A stretch of 64,000 bases of DNA from Thermodesulfobacteriota bacterium (GTDB lineage: Bacteria > Desulfobacterota_D > UBA1144 > Nemesobacterales > JAJCZQ01), in contig OZ244044.1 of assembly GCA_965215275.1 (NCBI GenBank), positions 960,001 to 1,024,000 of the forward strand. Reading direction: 5' to 3'. Under the pieces are notes generated by a model, which was given only the letters and a program-made list of their open reading frames with translations, was not told the origin of the DNA and ran no database searches. Shown piece by piece: positions 18,945-29,308 of this stretch. Position numbers and translations under genes: made by a program. Every line of letters begins with the position of its first letter. The stretch's first letter is position 1.

Positions 18945-20357
18945 TTAAAAATTCCTCAGCAGTTTTCCTTTTCTGTATTCAGCTATCAGTAAAACCCAGA
19001 CCGGCAGGAACTCTATCCACACTACCACGTTCCTGAACAGGTCTTCCATACCCCGGGGCTCAAGGTAAAACCAAAGATAGTAGAGCGTAAGCTGGGGCGT
19101 CACGACCAGTAAGGAAAATTTCGGTACAACGGCAAGGAACGGTAATAACCAGGTGTAGTACCATGGGAACTGGGTCGGACTGAGAAGAAATACGGCCGCC
19201 ACTATGAATAAGGTCCTTTTAAACATGTCCTGTCTGCTCATATCGTACTTTACGACCTGGAACAGTATCCAGACAAGCAGGATGACCGAAACAGTAACAC
19301 GTGCAGATATCTGAAGGTGCTGCTGATCAAAGCCCGCCGTGCTTATAACCCCTTTGAGAACGGACAGTATAACCTGGAAGAACAGGCTGTTGTTCTCCCA
19401 GCTTCTGCCGTAGGCGGCAAATCCCGAAAGTCCCTCGGGTGAAACTAATATCAGAGGCAGGAAAATAACGAAAAGCAGTATGAAGAAGACCAGGGCAGGT
19501 CTTACCGCGTCCATGATCCTGTTACCGCATGACCGCAGTAAAGACGGAAGAAGCACTACCGGCCATAACTTTATTCCCACACCCGCGGCTAAAGCAAGCA
19601 TGGAAAGAACGGATCTTTTCTTATATGCCAGAAGGAGTGCAGAAAGTACAAAAGGAAAGACCAGTGCCTCAAAGTGTCCTGAATTAAAGATCACGTTTAT
19701 CAGCAGGGGATTCCACCAGTATATCATCACGTTGGCAGATGAAAGTCCCAGCTCTCTGAGAATGGTCAGCAGTAAAAAGAACGTTATCAGGTCAAAAAGC
19801 AGCAGGAACACCCTCCAGAGATCAAAATCAAGCGGTGCCAGCTTATAAGAAACTGCAAAGAACACCTGGCTTACCGGAGGATAGATGGTAGGCAGGTGCC
19901 CGTGGTTGATATTTTCTATGATATCGCCTGATCCCCTGCTCAGAAGTTCCAGATCCGGTACCTGGACCTTACCGTCCAAGATCTGCTCCGGTGAATATCT
20001 GTACGGGTTAATACCGTGTGCCGTTACAGCACCATCCCACAGATATCTGAAATAATCATCCTCAAGCATTGGTGCGGAAAAAAGCATTAAGGCCCTGAGC
20101 AGAAAACCTACTGCAAAAATATAAAGAAGAGCCTTTCTCTCATTAAGAATGTTAAAGATTTCTGACCTGAAATTAACGGCCAGTATATAAACGACCGACG
20201 AGGTAAAAAGAACTATAACTAAGAGCAGAACGGGATCGACAGACACTGCCTCGGTATTGAAACGATGTGACAAAAGAAGAAGAACTGATGAAAAGATCAG
20301 AAGTAAAGACCCCAGAACGTATACCGAAAGAAGTTTACTGATCTTTTGGATAAACAT
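18945..20357 (-). CDS. GT-C fold membrane glycosyltransferase (GT87/DUF2029-like)
   Basis: DDYFRYLWDG, TIYPP, WWNPL, GHFE, PWY motifs; many TM helices. Confidence 0.72.
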   Translation of the reverse strand: MFIQKISKLLSVYVLGSLLLIFSSVLLLLSHRFNTEAVSVDPVLLLVIVLFTSSVVYILAVNFRSEIFNILNERKALLYIFAVGFLLRALMLFSAPMLEDDYFRYLWDGAVTAHGINPYRYSPEQILDGKVQVPDLELLSRGSGDIIENINHGHLPTIYPPVSQVFFAVSYKLAPLDFDLWRVFLLLFDLITFFLLLTILRELGLSSANVMIYWWNPLLINVIFNSGHFEALVFPFVLSALLLAYKKRSVLSMLALAAGVGIKLWPVVLLPSLLRSCGNRIMDAVRPALVFFILLFVIFLPLILVSPEGLSGFAAYGRSWENNSLFFQVILSVLKGVISTAGFDQQHLQISARVTVSVILLVWILFQVVKYDMSRQDMFKRTLFIVAAVFLLSPTQFPWYYTWLLPFLAVVPKFSLLVVTPQLTLYYLWFYLEPRGMEDLFRNVVVWIEFLPVWVLLIAEYRKGKLLRNF

Positions 20358-20399
20358 TTTGTTTTATAAGACAGGCGGAAACATATCTAACTCTCTGTA

Positions 20400-21245
20400 T
20401 TAACCTTTCCATATCTCCAGAGCTTTCCTGTAAACCTCTTTCTTCGGCAGACCAAGCTCACGAGCGGTGTCTCTGACCGCGTCGCTCAGAGACACGTTCA
20501 TATCCCTGAGGGACTTCAGTCGGTCACTGATCAGAGTCAAACTGCGACGCATCTTATCTTCCTTACTCTCCTGAAATCCCTCTATAACCAGACATATCTC
20601 TCCCTTTATGGTCCGTTTTTTCTCAAGTGTTTCACACAGATCTTCCAATGTCCCCCGCATAACCTCTTCGTGCAGCTTTGTAAGTTCTCTGCAGACAGCG
20701 GCCTTCCTGTTCCCCAGCCCCTGAAGAAAATACCGCAGTGTCTTTTTTATCCGTCTGGGTGATTCAAAAAAAATAAGGGTGTTCTTTACAGGTCTGATAT
20801 CACTTATAAGTTTTTCCATTCCCTTCTCGGACCGTGGGGGAAATCCAAAAAAAGAGAATGAACCGGCCGGCAGACCGCTGATGGTCAGCCCGGAAATTAC
20901 CGAACTTGCACCAGGTATGACCGTTACGTTCATACCTTTCTGAACTGCCAGGTCCACTATTTTATAACCAGGGTCCGATATACAGGGAGTGCCGGCATCT
21001 GTAACCAGTGCTACGTTCTTTCCGCTCTCCAGATCTTTTATCAGCTTCTGCGACTTGGTATTTTCATTGTGTTCGTGATAGCTCGTCAATCTTCCTTCTA
21101 TTTTGTAATGATCCAGGAGCTTTCTCGTGTGCCGGGTATCTTCGCAAGCTATAAGGTCAGCACTCTGTAATGTCTGAACTGCCCTGAAGGTGATATCCCC
21201 AAGGTTTCCAATTGGCGTTGATACTATATAGAGATTACCCGACAT
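20400..21245 (-). CDS. rsmI: 16S rRNA (cytidine1402-2'-O)-methyltransferase
   Basis: LYIVSTPIGNLGDIT, ACEDTR, DAGTPCISDPG, RELTKLHEE. Confidence 0.96.
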   Translation of the reverse strand: MSGNLYIVSTPIGNLGDITFRAVQTLQSADLIACEDTRHTRKLLDHYKIEGRLTSYHEHNENTKSQKLIKDLESGKNVALVTDAGTPCISDPGYKIVDLAVQKGMNVTVIPGASSVISGLTISGLPAGSFSFFGFPPRSEKGMEKLISDIRPVKNTLIFFESPRRIKKTLRYFLQGLGNRKAAVCRELTKLHEEVMRGTLEDLCETLEKKRTIKGEICLVIEGFQESKEDKMRRSLTLISDRLKSLRDMNVSLSDAVRDTARELGLPKKEVYRKALEIWKG

Positions 21246-21402
21246 TTTCCTAATTCAGCACAGACCTGACGTTCTGCAGACACAAGCCGTTAAGGCTTTG
21301 TCTGGATGTGAAACTACACCGGTAAATAATACAGCAAGTCCTCAGCATATCATAATAAGAGGCAGATCTCTGAAGTGCCAAACATTATTAATTAGGTTAT
21401 AA

Positions 21403-22257
21403 TTGAGTCGTAAGGATCAAAAATCGATCTGGATCAGGAGCAAAAGAGTGAAAGAAAAGTCCATAGGGGTAGATTATTCAGAACTTCACCAGCTTGACAG
21501 CCCTGCTAACAGGCTCATAAGAGAGACCATCTGGGGCACGGAGGATGACATAGGACAGCAGTCGTTCATTACCCCTCGCTACCTTGATCAGCTTATTCAC
21601 AGACTCGGCATAGACGATAAAACTTACGTGCTTGACGTGGGAAGTGGAGCAGGAGGTCCCGCCATATACATAGCAAGCAGATCAGGATGCAGGATCGCCG
21701 GGATAGAAATAAATGACGTAGGGGTGAAAGTATCAGAAAAGCTGGCAGAAAGATCCGGACTGCAGAAAAATACGTCTTTTTATCTGGGAGATGCAATGAA
21801 TATGCCCTTTGAGGAAAATACCTTTGACCTTGCGATAAGCCTTAACGTGATGAACGTATTTGAGGACAAAGCAGGACTTTTCAGGGAAGTTTGCAGAGTT
21901 TTGAAACGTTCCGGAAGATGGGCATTTCTAAGCGGCACATTTGATAAACTTGACGATGACACAAGGCGCAAAATGGCAAGAGGTTATCTTATTCCCCAAT
22001 ACTATGATTCACTTGAAAGTTACAGAGAAAAACTCGAACTGTCCGGCTTTGAGACCAAAGAGATTACGGAGTACGTGTCGGACTTTAAAAAACAGGTTAC
22101 AAAGTGGGGAGAAGCATATAAAAAGCATGCAGAAGAGATAGCAAAAGAACAGGGAGAACAAAACACCCAATATCACATTGAATACTTCGATACTTATCTA
22201 AAACTGGTCGAAGATGGAAAAGCCTCCAATCATCTCATTGTGTCTGCACCTTCTTGA
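21403..22257 (+). CDS. Class I SAM-dependent methyltransferase (small-molecule, sarcosine/sterol MTase-like)
   Basis: VLDVGSGAGG, GDAMNMPFEENTFD, RVLKRSG; true start may be GTG at 21448. Confidence 0.8.
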   Translation: MSRKDQKSIWIRSKRVKEKSIGVDYSELHQLDSPANRLIRETIWGTEDDIGQQSFITPRYLDQLIHRLGIDDKTYVLDVGSGAGGPAIYIASRSGCRIAGIEINDVGVKVSEKLAERSGLQKNTSFYLGDAMNMPFEENTFDLAISLNVMNVFEDKAGLFREVCRVLKRSGRWAFLSGTFDKLDDDTRRKMARGYLIPQYYDSLESYREKLELSGFETKEITEYVSDFKKQVTKWGEAYKKHAEEIAKEQGEQNTQYHIEYFDTYLKLVEDGKASNHLIVSAPS

Positions 22258-22392
22258 TAAGATCTGAACTTTTTGAAGAAAGCCCAGAATGAGACGGGAA
22301 GGGTCTAATTTCAATCGAACGAAAGACAAAAATTCATTCGCAAAAACTGCTATCGTTAAAAACTTAGTTGTAATACTGATGATTAGATAAGT

Positions 22393-23307
22393 CTATAATT
22401 CAATTTCCTCAACTTTGTCAAAAAAGTCAGAATCAATATCTTTAATTTCATAAGATTTACTTGTTTTAACACCAACATCATACTCGTACATAAGATCTGC
22501 CAGTTTTTCTCCATCTATAAGAATCATTTTGGGGCGATAATTGTCGGCTGTTTCTTTAGCATGCCTATCGAACCTTGAAGTAGTTACAAAAACTCCGTTG
22601 TTTGGAGTAATTGCCCCAATGAAATTACGAATGTCACCTTCACGGACTTCGTTTTCTTCTTTATAGCGTTTCGTTTGAATGTAGATCTTTTCAAACCCTA
22701 GTTTATCTTCATTGATTATCCCGTCAATTCCTCTATCACGAGATTTTTTCGTTTCAACGGGATCACCATAACCCATTCTCTTTAAAAGAATCAAAACAAT
22801 TTTTTGAAGATCATGAGGAGGGTCAACTGCTCTTAATTCTTCTAATAATTCTGTTGTAACCTTTTCTTTAATTTTAAGAAATGCAAAATCAATCAACTCT
22901 GGAGGAGGGTAATCTTCAATATTTTCGTATTTTGATTTACTTTTTTCAGTCCGTACAGATTTACGATGTGTCATATGTGCCACATAATCAGGGTCTTTTC
23001 TTAAATCTTGCAATGTGAGGTTTCCAGTTGTTAAAACATTCATTCCTTTATCCGTAATTTTCACTGTGCCACGTTTTGGATACTCAACAAATTTTCCCAA
23101 TTTCAAATGAGACCTTCCCCAATAGATTCTATCAAGCAATTTATTATCTCCTGTTGAAGGTACTGTTTCCTCCAGCAGATTCTTTGGTAAACTGCTGTAA
23201 TATTTATCGCGAACATGAGTTCCTAATTTTTTGTAATGTAACGGACCTTTAGCACTAAGTACTTCCAATATAGGTTTAAATGTCTCATGATATTTCGGTA
23301 ATTCCAC
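22393..23307 (-). CDS. mrr: Mrr family type IV restriction endonuclease
   Basis: Mrr N-terminal winged helix (DRIYWGRSHL) plus DRGIDG...YIQTKRY, GVFVTTSRF, LIDGEKL; likely GTG start at 23307 with AGGTG SD. Confidence 0.9.
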   Translation of the reverse strand: MELPKYHETFKPILEVLSAKGPLHYKKLGTHVRDKYYSSLPKNLLEETVPSTGDNKLLDRIYWGRSHLKLGKFVEYPKRGTVKITDKGMNVLTTGNLTLQDLRKDPDYVAHMTHRKSVRTEKSKSKYENIEDYPPPELIDFAFLKIKEKVTTELLEELRAVDPPHDLQKIVLILLKRMGYGDPVETKKSRDRGIDGIINEDKLGFEKIYIQTKRYKEENEVREGDIRNFIGAITPNNGVFVTTSRFDRHAKETADNYRPKMILIDGEKLADLMYEYDVGVKTSKSYEIKDIDSDFFDKVEEIEL

Positions 23308-23347
23308 AGTTACACCTATCTTTAAATTAGGTTTAAAATTTGTTGCG

Positions 23348-24598
23348 TTATTCCTGTAATTGTTCAAATTCTAAAATTGACTGCAATAATCTTGCATTGT
23401 ACTTAGCTATTTTTTTAATTTTATTCTGTTCTCTGCTATAAAATGCATCTTTTCCATTAGTGGTTTTTACGCTGCCCTTAATTTCAATATCAGAAAATAT
23501 AGCTTCGTTGGGGTTGATATTCAAGACAACATTTCTGTTGCCGTTCCGCGAGATTTGTTTGTGTTGGGATCTATGGATATAAATTAAGTTTCGGTAATCG
23601 TCAATAATTTTTGCTTCATTTTTATTTCGAGCCCACGAAATAGGAACGATATGATGAAGTTCAAATTTATCTTTTCTTTCAATTTGGTGAAATGTAAAGT
23701 ACTCATGCTTTGGAATAACGCTTCTTTTACTCGGTTCTTGAAAAAATCCTGTGCTTCCAGTACTGATGCGAAAAGATTTATTTTGATCAACTGCAAAGTA
23801 AACAGTGGTTTTAAGCAAACTCATTATTTGTTGTGCCTGATTTTTCCAATTATGGAAATCTCGTAGAACGGTCTTATTTCCCTTAAAATTATCTGGACTA
23901 GCGTACTCTTTAACCAAATCTATCACTTTTGAACGCTCATATTTTCTCAAACTACGGTATGAATTAAGAAGTCCTATTTTATCCAAATCACTGTTGTTAT
24001 CCGAGAAAATAAACATAAATTCATAAATACTGACTATGTCATTTGCATAATCACTAAGATTTATCGTCTCAGCTAATTCAGAAATTTTGCTACCAAAAAG
24101 TTTGTCTATGCAGTCAGTAAACTTTTTATACTCTTCAATCAAGGTTGTAGCTTCTACAAATTCAACCGCACTCTTTGTTAATATACCATGACGGACATGT
24201 TCGCCTGTTTTACTCATCTTGATTTTTATTTCCAAAAGACCCATTTTTTTCAAATCTGGGAAGAAGTTCTTTTTCAGAGAGTTGATAGTACCTCGTCCCA
24301 TTTCAGAGTGGGTCTGATCGACGATTTTCTGATATTCTTGAAAATCAACAGATAGTGTATCATCTCGGTCATAGTCACCTGGGGGAATTGCAAAATAGTT
24401 CAGACCAGCAACACGGTGGATGTTTTGCAGTATTTTTTTAATATAATTGATATCATATCTGTTGTGTTGTGAAATATGCCAACCTCGATATTCAGGACTA
24501 CAAAGTCGTTTCACTATGTATTTCAGAAAAAGATTATCTTTGTTTATAGACAAAATTTCATTCAAAATCTGTTGTGTTCCTTTTCTAATAATTTTCAC
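23348..24598 (-). CDS. Type IIS restriction endonuclease, MboII-like (C-terminal HNH)
   Basis: YRG.H.SQHNRY, NSLKKNFFPD, RDFHNWKN, FELHHIVP...NLIYI...H; follows two MboII-like MTases. Confidence 0.8.
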   Translation of the reverse strand: MKIIRKGTQQILNEILSINKDNLFLKYIVKRLCSPEYRGWHISQHNRYDINYIKKILQNIHRVAGLNYFAIPPGDYDRDDTLSVDFQEYQKIVDQTHSEMGRGTINSLKKNFFPDLKKMGLLEIKIKMSKTGEHVRHGILTKSAVEFVEATTLIEEYKKFTDCIDKLFGSKISELAETINLSDYANDIVSIYEFMFIFSDNNSDLDKIGLLNSYRSLRKYERSKVIDLVKEYASPDNFKGNKTVLRDFHNWKNQAQQIMSLLKTTVYFAVDQNKSFRISTGSTGFFQEPSKRSVIPKHEYFTFHQIERKDKFELHHIVPISWARNKNEAKIIDDYRNLIYIHRSQHKQISRNGNRNVVLNINPNEAIFSDIEIKGSVKTTNGKDAFYSREQNKIKKIAKYNARLLQSILEFEQLQE

Positions 24599-25380
24599 TT
24601 AATATCCTTTAATCTTTTCCTTGCTGCTTCTACATAAGTTTTTTCTAAATCACAGCAAAGGAAATTTCTTTTGAGCTTTTTTGCAGCGACCGCCGTTGTC
24701 CCCATACCCACAAAGCAATCCAGAACTAAATCGTTTTCGTTTGAACTTGCTGTGATAATTCTTTCAACTAATTCCAATGGCTTTGGTGTTGCGTGATTCA
24801 TTTTTTGAACTTTGCCATTTATCTTGTTTTTGTGTCTTTCGCTAGTTATATGCCAAACTTCTCCACACAATCGTCCTTTGGGATTAGGAAACCAACGTCT
24901 ACCATTTTTTAATATGCCTTTTTTCTTTGCGTGCTCAATTCTCTCTGTTGATTCGTATGGTACACGCACATCGTCATAGTTAAAGGTGTGCTTCTGACCC
25001 TTCGTAAAGAAAACTATAGTCTCTTGCCCGTTACTAAAACGCCTACGTGCACCACCCAATCCGTCTCGCTTATCCCAAGTAATCCAATTTTGAAAATTCA
25101 ATTCTCTACTTATTAAATACCTAAGTATGAAAGACGAATTATACGGTGTATTAAAAATGTATAAACTGCCATTATCTTTTATCTTTGGAATAACGGCATC
25201 AATCCAAGAATAAGTAAAATCAAAAAATTCTTTTTCTGATTTGAAAGTGTCCCAATCTGCTTTTCGCATATTGTACGGCGGGTCTATAACAGCAAGATCG
25301 ACAACGCCATCATCAACCCGCTTTAAAAATTTGAAACAGTCCATTCGGTGTATTTTATTATGCGTAATTTTATTGGACAT
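24595..25380 (-). CDS. N6-adenine DNA methyltransferase, M1.MboII-like
   Basis: DLAVIDPPYN, WITWDKRDG, GILKNGRRWFPNPKGRLCGEVWH, TPKP, DCFVGMGTT; closely resembles M1.MboII as recalled. Confidence 0.9.
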   Translation of the reverse strand: MSNKITHNKIHRMDCFKFLKRVDDGVVDLAVIDPPYNMRKADWDTFKSEKEFFDFTYSWIDAVIPKIKDNGSLYIFNTPYNSSFILRYLISRELNFQNWITWDKRDGLGGARRRFSNGQETIVFFTKGQKHTFNYDDVRVPYESTERIEHAKKKGILKNGRRWFPNPKGRLCGEVWHITSERHKNKINGKVQKMNHATPKPLELVERIITASSNENDLVLDCFVGMGTTAVAAKKLKRNFLCCDLEKTYVEAARKRLKDIK

Positions 25381-26245
25381 GCTTTTTCTCTGTTTTGTTT
25401 TCAGCTAACTTCAATTTTTTTTCTATCACTTCTTTGTAACTGCTCATTACCTCATAACCAATAAAATTACGGCCCTCTTCTTTTGCTACTTTCAAAGTTG
25501 TTCCGCTTCCCGCGAAAGGGTCCATAACGACATCGTCAGTATAGGTAAATAACCTTACACAACGATAAACAATCTCTTCAGGCATAATCGCACTATGATC
25601 ACCAAAAGCAGCATCGTTCTTACCAGGAACAGGCATTCTCCAAACCTGTTTTGTATACTCAACCCATTCTTTCTGAGTTAGTTTGCTTGCTTCTTTGATT
25701 TTCTTTGGCAGATCATTGATTGGGTTGCCGTCTTTGACATAAACAGTTATGAACTCGCTGGTATTCTGTGCATAAAAGTTTCTTGGATACGGATAACTAC
25801 CGAACATCAATTTTTTACTTGGATTGGTTCGTTCCCAAATGTAAACATCATGCAAAAACATTTTTGTTTTTTTTTGATATAAAATTGAATGTTGTATATC
25901 AGAGTTAAGATCAAATATATGTCTATTGTGGTGCGTTGAGTAATCTGCTTTTTTCATTGGTATAAGTGGAGTATTTATTACCAATTTCCCATTAGGTTTT
26001 AAAACTCGCTCACACTCCTTCCAAACCTTCAATAGTTCTTTGATAAAAAGTTTATAATCATCTATATCGCCAAGTTGTTCTTTATGTTTTTCACTATTGC
26101 TACTCTTTTGGTATCCATCCTTTGCGTAATCTTTAATATTAAAATACGGTGGAGATGTAACGATCAAATCAACTATTTCATCGGGGACTTCGCTCATATT
26201 TTGAGCGTTTCTATAAAATACTTTGTTTATAAAATCTTTATTCAT
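25370..26245 (-). CDS. N4-cytosine DNA methyltransferase (M2-type partner)
   Basis: TSPPY, MFGSYPYP, H.AIMPEEI, DPFAGSGTT (beta order). Confidence 0.88.
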   Translation of the reverse strand: MNKDFINKVFYRNAQNMSEVPDEIVDLIVTSPPYFNIKDYAKDGYQKSSNSEKHKEQLGDIDDYKLFIKELLKVWKECERVLKPNGKLVINTPLIPMKKADYSTHHNRHIFDLNSDIQHSILYQKKTKMFLHDVYIWERTNPSKKLMFGSYPYPRNFYAQNTSEFITVYVKDGNPINDLPKKIKEASKLTQKEWVEYTKQVWRMPVPGKNDAAFGDHSAIMPEEIVYRCVRLFTYTDDVVMDPFAGSGTTLKVAKEEGRNFIGYEVMSSYKEVIEKKLKLAENKTEKKHVQ

Positions 26246-26250
26246 AATAT

Positions 26251-26463
26251 CTACTTCAAAAGTTCAGCAATAGAAACACTAAAAGCTCTTGCAAGTTTTT
26301 CTATTGTTGCAAGGGTTGGATTTTTGTTGCCGTTTTCAAGGTGGCTCACATATGAACGATCAGCCCTGATTTGCTTACATAAGTCTCCTTGGGACATTCC
26401 TTTATCTAAACGCAACTTTTTTATGTTCGACCCAAGTTTTCTCGCAGAGGTTTTTCTATCCAT
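26251..26463 (-). CDS. XRE/HTH controller (C) protein of the RM operon
   Basis: LGSNIKKLR..KGMSQ..L.....DRSYVSHLENG.KNPTL.TIEKLA; first gene of the C-M2-M1-R-mrr run. Confidence 0.85.
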   Translation of the reverse strand: MDRKTSARKLGSNIKKLRLDKGMSQGDLCKQIRADRSYVSHLENGNKNPTLATIEKLARAFSVSIAELLK

Positions 26464-26470
26464 AATCTGT

Positions 26471-26520
26471 ATTATAGCAGTTTGTTGTATTAAAGAACAA
26501 TATTGTTTTATAATACAACA
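26471..26520 (-). promoter_or_regulatory. Promoter/operator of the C gene (extended -10 and 38-bp palindrome)
   Basis: Minus strand TGC-TATAAT ends 7 nt before the ATG; TGTTGTATTA-AAG-AACAATATTGTT-TTA-TAATACAACA at 26483-26520. Confidence 0.6.
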
Positions 26521-26588
26521 TTTGAACGAAACAACTAAAGCAAGTCCGTATCAAGACATACTCTCTCTTAAATACCGAACTTGTAACT

Positions 26589-26674
<86 letters not shown>

Positions 26675-26899
26675 GAGATACAATATAGTACAGACAATAT
26701 ATACGACGTGCTGGTGTTTTTGTTAAAATAACTGCTCTATATTAAAAATCCACACTTGATCTGCCATCCAGACCAGCTGATACCTATTTGACTTAAACAG
26801 TATAGTTATGTAGTATTTCCCACGAAAGTTATCATTTAGAGAAGCGGTACCTACATAGCTTAGATACTTTCTTTAATTCTTATTTATTTGAGCTACAAA

Positions 26900-28345
26900 A
26901 TGGCAAAGCAGAAAAACACCCCCGACAAACCGAATGAATTTTTTGATGAAATGTTCGGCAGTGATGGGGAACTTCGTGACCTCTATAAAGAATACAAAGA
27001 GTGGTTCAACTCTGAAAATATAGCTCATCTGAACCTGAAATCAGATGAGGCCAGGGATTTCTTTCAACGCACCGGGATTACATTTAACCTTCACGGTGAT
27101 GACGACAGCGAAAGACTGATCCCGTTCGACATCGTTCCCCGTATAATCTCCAGCAAGGAATGGGAACATCTGACAAAAGGGATCGAGCAGAGGGTAAAGG
27201 CCATGAACGCCTTTCTTGATGATATCTATCATCGGCAGGAGATAGTACGAGCCGGCAAGATACCTCTGGAAATGATCACCGAGAATTCAGCCTTTCTGCC
27301 CCAGATGATAGGAGTATCGCCTCCGGGTAACGTTTATACTCACGTGGTGGGAGTTGATATCGTCCGGACCGGTGAAGATGAATTCTACGTTCTGGAAGAC
27401 AATGCACGCACGCCGTCCGGGGTAGCCTACATGATAGAGAACCGGGAAACCATGCTCCACATGTTCCCGGAACTGTTCACTCATATAGACGTTAAGATAG
27501 TGATAGACTATCCGGTAAAGCTCAGAAGACACCTGAGAAAATGTGCTCCGAAGATCTGCGACAGTAAGCCCGTGGTGGCAGTGCTCACTCCGGGTATCCA
27601 TAACTCCGCGTACTTCGAGCACGCGTCCCTGGCAGATCTGATGGGGGTTGAACTGGTTGAAGGACACGACCTGCGTATCATTGACGGCCGGATCGCCATG
27701 CGTACTATCCGTGGGTACAAACCGATCGACGTCCTTTACAGACGTATAGACGATGATTACCTCGACCCTCTCAACTTTAATCCACAATCCGTTCTGGGAA
27801 TACCCGGTATCTTCGACGTGTTCAGGGCGGGAAGGCTCACGATCGCCAATGCTCCGGGCACAGGTATAGCCGACAATAAGGCCGTTTATTCCTACATCCC
27901 CGAGATCATTGAGTTCTATACGGGAGAAAAGGCGATCCTGAAAAACGTGAAAACCTGGCGATGCTCGCAGGAAGATGCCCTGAAGTACGTTCTGGACAAT
28001 CTGTCGGACCTCGTCGTCAAGGAAGTGCATGGTTCGGGAGGTTACGGGATGCTGGTAGGTCCCGCTGCAAGCAAGTCCGAACTGAACGAATTTAAAATAA
28101 AGTTGAAAGAAAACCCTCAGAACTATATAGCTCAGCCTACTCTTTCGCTCTCCACGGTCCCGATACTGACCAGTAAGGGACTGGCCCCTCGTCACGTCGA
28201 CCTGAGACCTTTTGTTCTGGTCTCGCCGGATAATATAGACATCGTTCCGGGAGGGCTTACCAGAGTAGCACTTACCGAAGGTTCACTTGTTGTTAATTCC
28301 AGCCAAGGAGGAGGAACTAAGGACACCTGGGTTTTATCGAAATAG
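26900..28345 (+). CDS. Circularly permuted type 2 ATP-grasp protein
   Basis: ERLIPFDIVPR, VLEDNARTPSG, YRRIDDDYLDPL, GSGGYGML, PRHVDLRPF, VVNSSQGGGTKDTWV. Confidence 0.93.
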   Translation: MAKQKNTPDKPNEFFDEMFGSDGELRDLYKEYKEWFNSENIAHLNLKSDEARDFFQRTGITFNLHGDDDSERLIPFDIVPRIISSKEWEHLTKGIEQRVKAMNAFLDDIYHRQEIVRAGKIPLEMITENSAFLPQMIGVSPPGNVYTHVVGVDIVRTGEDEFYVLEDNARTPSGVAYMIENRETMLHMFPELFTHIDVKIVIDYPVKLRRHLRKCAPKICDSKPVVAVLTPGIHNSAYFEHASLADLMGVELVEGHDLRIIDGRIAMRTIRGYKPIDVLYRRIDDDYLDPLNFNPQSVLGIPGIFDVFRAGRLTIANAPGTGIADNKAVYSYIPEIIEFYTGEKAILKNVKTWRCSQEDALKYVLDNLSDLVVKEVHGSGGYGMLVGPAASKSELNEFKIKLKENPQNYIAQPTLSLSTVPILTSKGLAPRHVDLRPFVLVSPDNIDIVPGGLTRVALTEGSLVVNSSQGGGTKDTWVLSK

Positions 28346-28363
28346 ACCTTAGAAAAAAACGAT

Positions 28364-29305
28364 ATGCTTGGAAAGACCGCAGGGGGAATGTTCTGGATAT
28401 TCCGCTATCTGGAAAGGAGTGAAAACACCGCAAGAATGCTTGACGCAGGATTTCGCATTGCGATGACCCGCTCGGAAGCAGCCGGGAACGAGTGGGCATC
28501 TCTGATCAGCACAAACGGCAGTAAAGACGTCTTTCTGCAGAAATACAAAAAATATGAATCTTCTGCCGTTATTGATTTCCTTCTGTGCGACCGGGACAAC
28601 CCATCCAGTGTAATATCGGTGATAAATGCCGCTCGCAACAATGCAAGAATGGTACGCTCTTCCCTGAGCCGGGAGGTCTGGGAAGCTATCAACACGTGCT
28701 GGATAACACTGAAGAACGTACTTAACAGGCGTATAGAGGAACGGGAACTGCCAGCGGTGATCACGACCATCTGCCAGCAAAGCACGATGATACGAGGCAC
28801 GTTCTTCGGCACCATGATACGTAACGACATCTTCAGTTTTTCACGTCTTGGCACCTGTATAGAACGGGCGGACAACATGGCAAGGATGCTTGACGTTAAG
28901 TACTACGTTCTGCTTCCCTCGGTCTCCTTAATAGGAAGCACCCTTGATAACATACAGTGGGAAACCATCCTGAGGGCCATTTCAGCTCCACACGTCCATA
29001 AGTGGCTCAATGAGGATTACATCAACCCCAAGCTGATCGCGGAGTTCCTGATACTTGAACGGCGGATGCCCAGGTCCCTTATCTGCTGTTATGAGGAAAT
29101 ACTTGATAACCTTAACTTAATTGCCAACAGTGAAAGTGATTCCTTCCCTTCCATTGACCAGGCAGAAGAAATAATGAACAATTTTGAAAACAGCTCGATC
29201 GACACTGTTTTTGAATTTGGACTTCATGAATTTATAATAGATTTCATCCATGACAACAACGCTTTAAGTGAACAGATACAAAAGGACTTTCGCTTTTACA
29301 GATAG
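28364..29305 (+). CDS. Alpha-E domain-containing protein
   Basis: FW..RYLERSENTAR and ERADNMAR duplicated ER motifs; AARNNAR..R, PRSL. Confidence 0.9.
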   Translation: MLGKTAGGMFWIFRYLERSENTARMLDAGFRIAMTRSEAAGNEWASLISTNGSKDVFLQKYKKYESSAVIDFLLCDRDNPSSVISVINAARNNARMVRSSLSREVWEAINTCWITLKNVLNRRIEERELPAVITTICQQSTMIRGTFFGTMIRNDIFSFSRLGTCIERADNMARMLDVKYYVLLPSVSLIGSTLDNIQWETILRAISAPHVHKWLNEDYINPKLIAEFLILERRMPRSLICCYEEILDNLNLIANSESDSFPSIDQAEEIMNNFENSSIDTVFEFGLHEFIIDFIHDNNALSEQIQKDFRFYR

Positions 29306-29308
29306 AAA

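Noticed and set aside
22290..22322. Possible att duplication of the tRNA-Ser 3' end at the far side of the RM island
   Set aside because: Only scattered similarity (CGG.AGGGT...TCGAAC); not a credible direct repeat.
27287..28195. Long antisense ORFs (302 aa here; also 26075-26656, 34503-35009 and others)
   Set aside because: Shadows of well-supported genes or the tRNA on the opposite strand, with no recognisable motifs.
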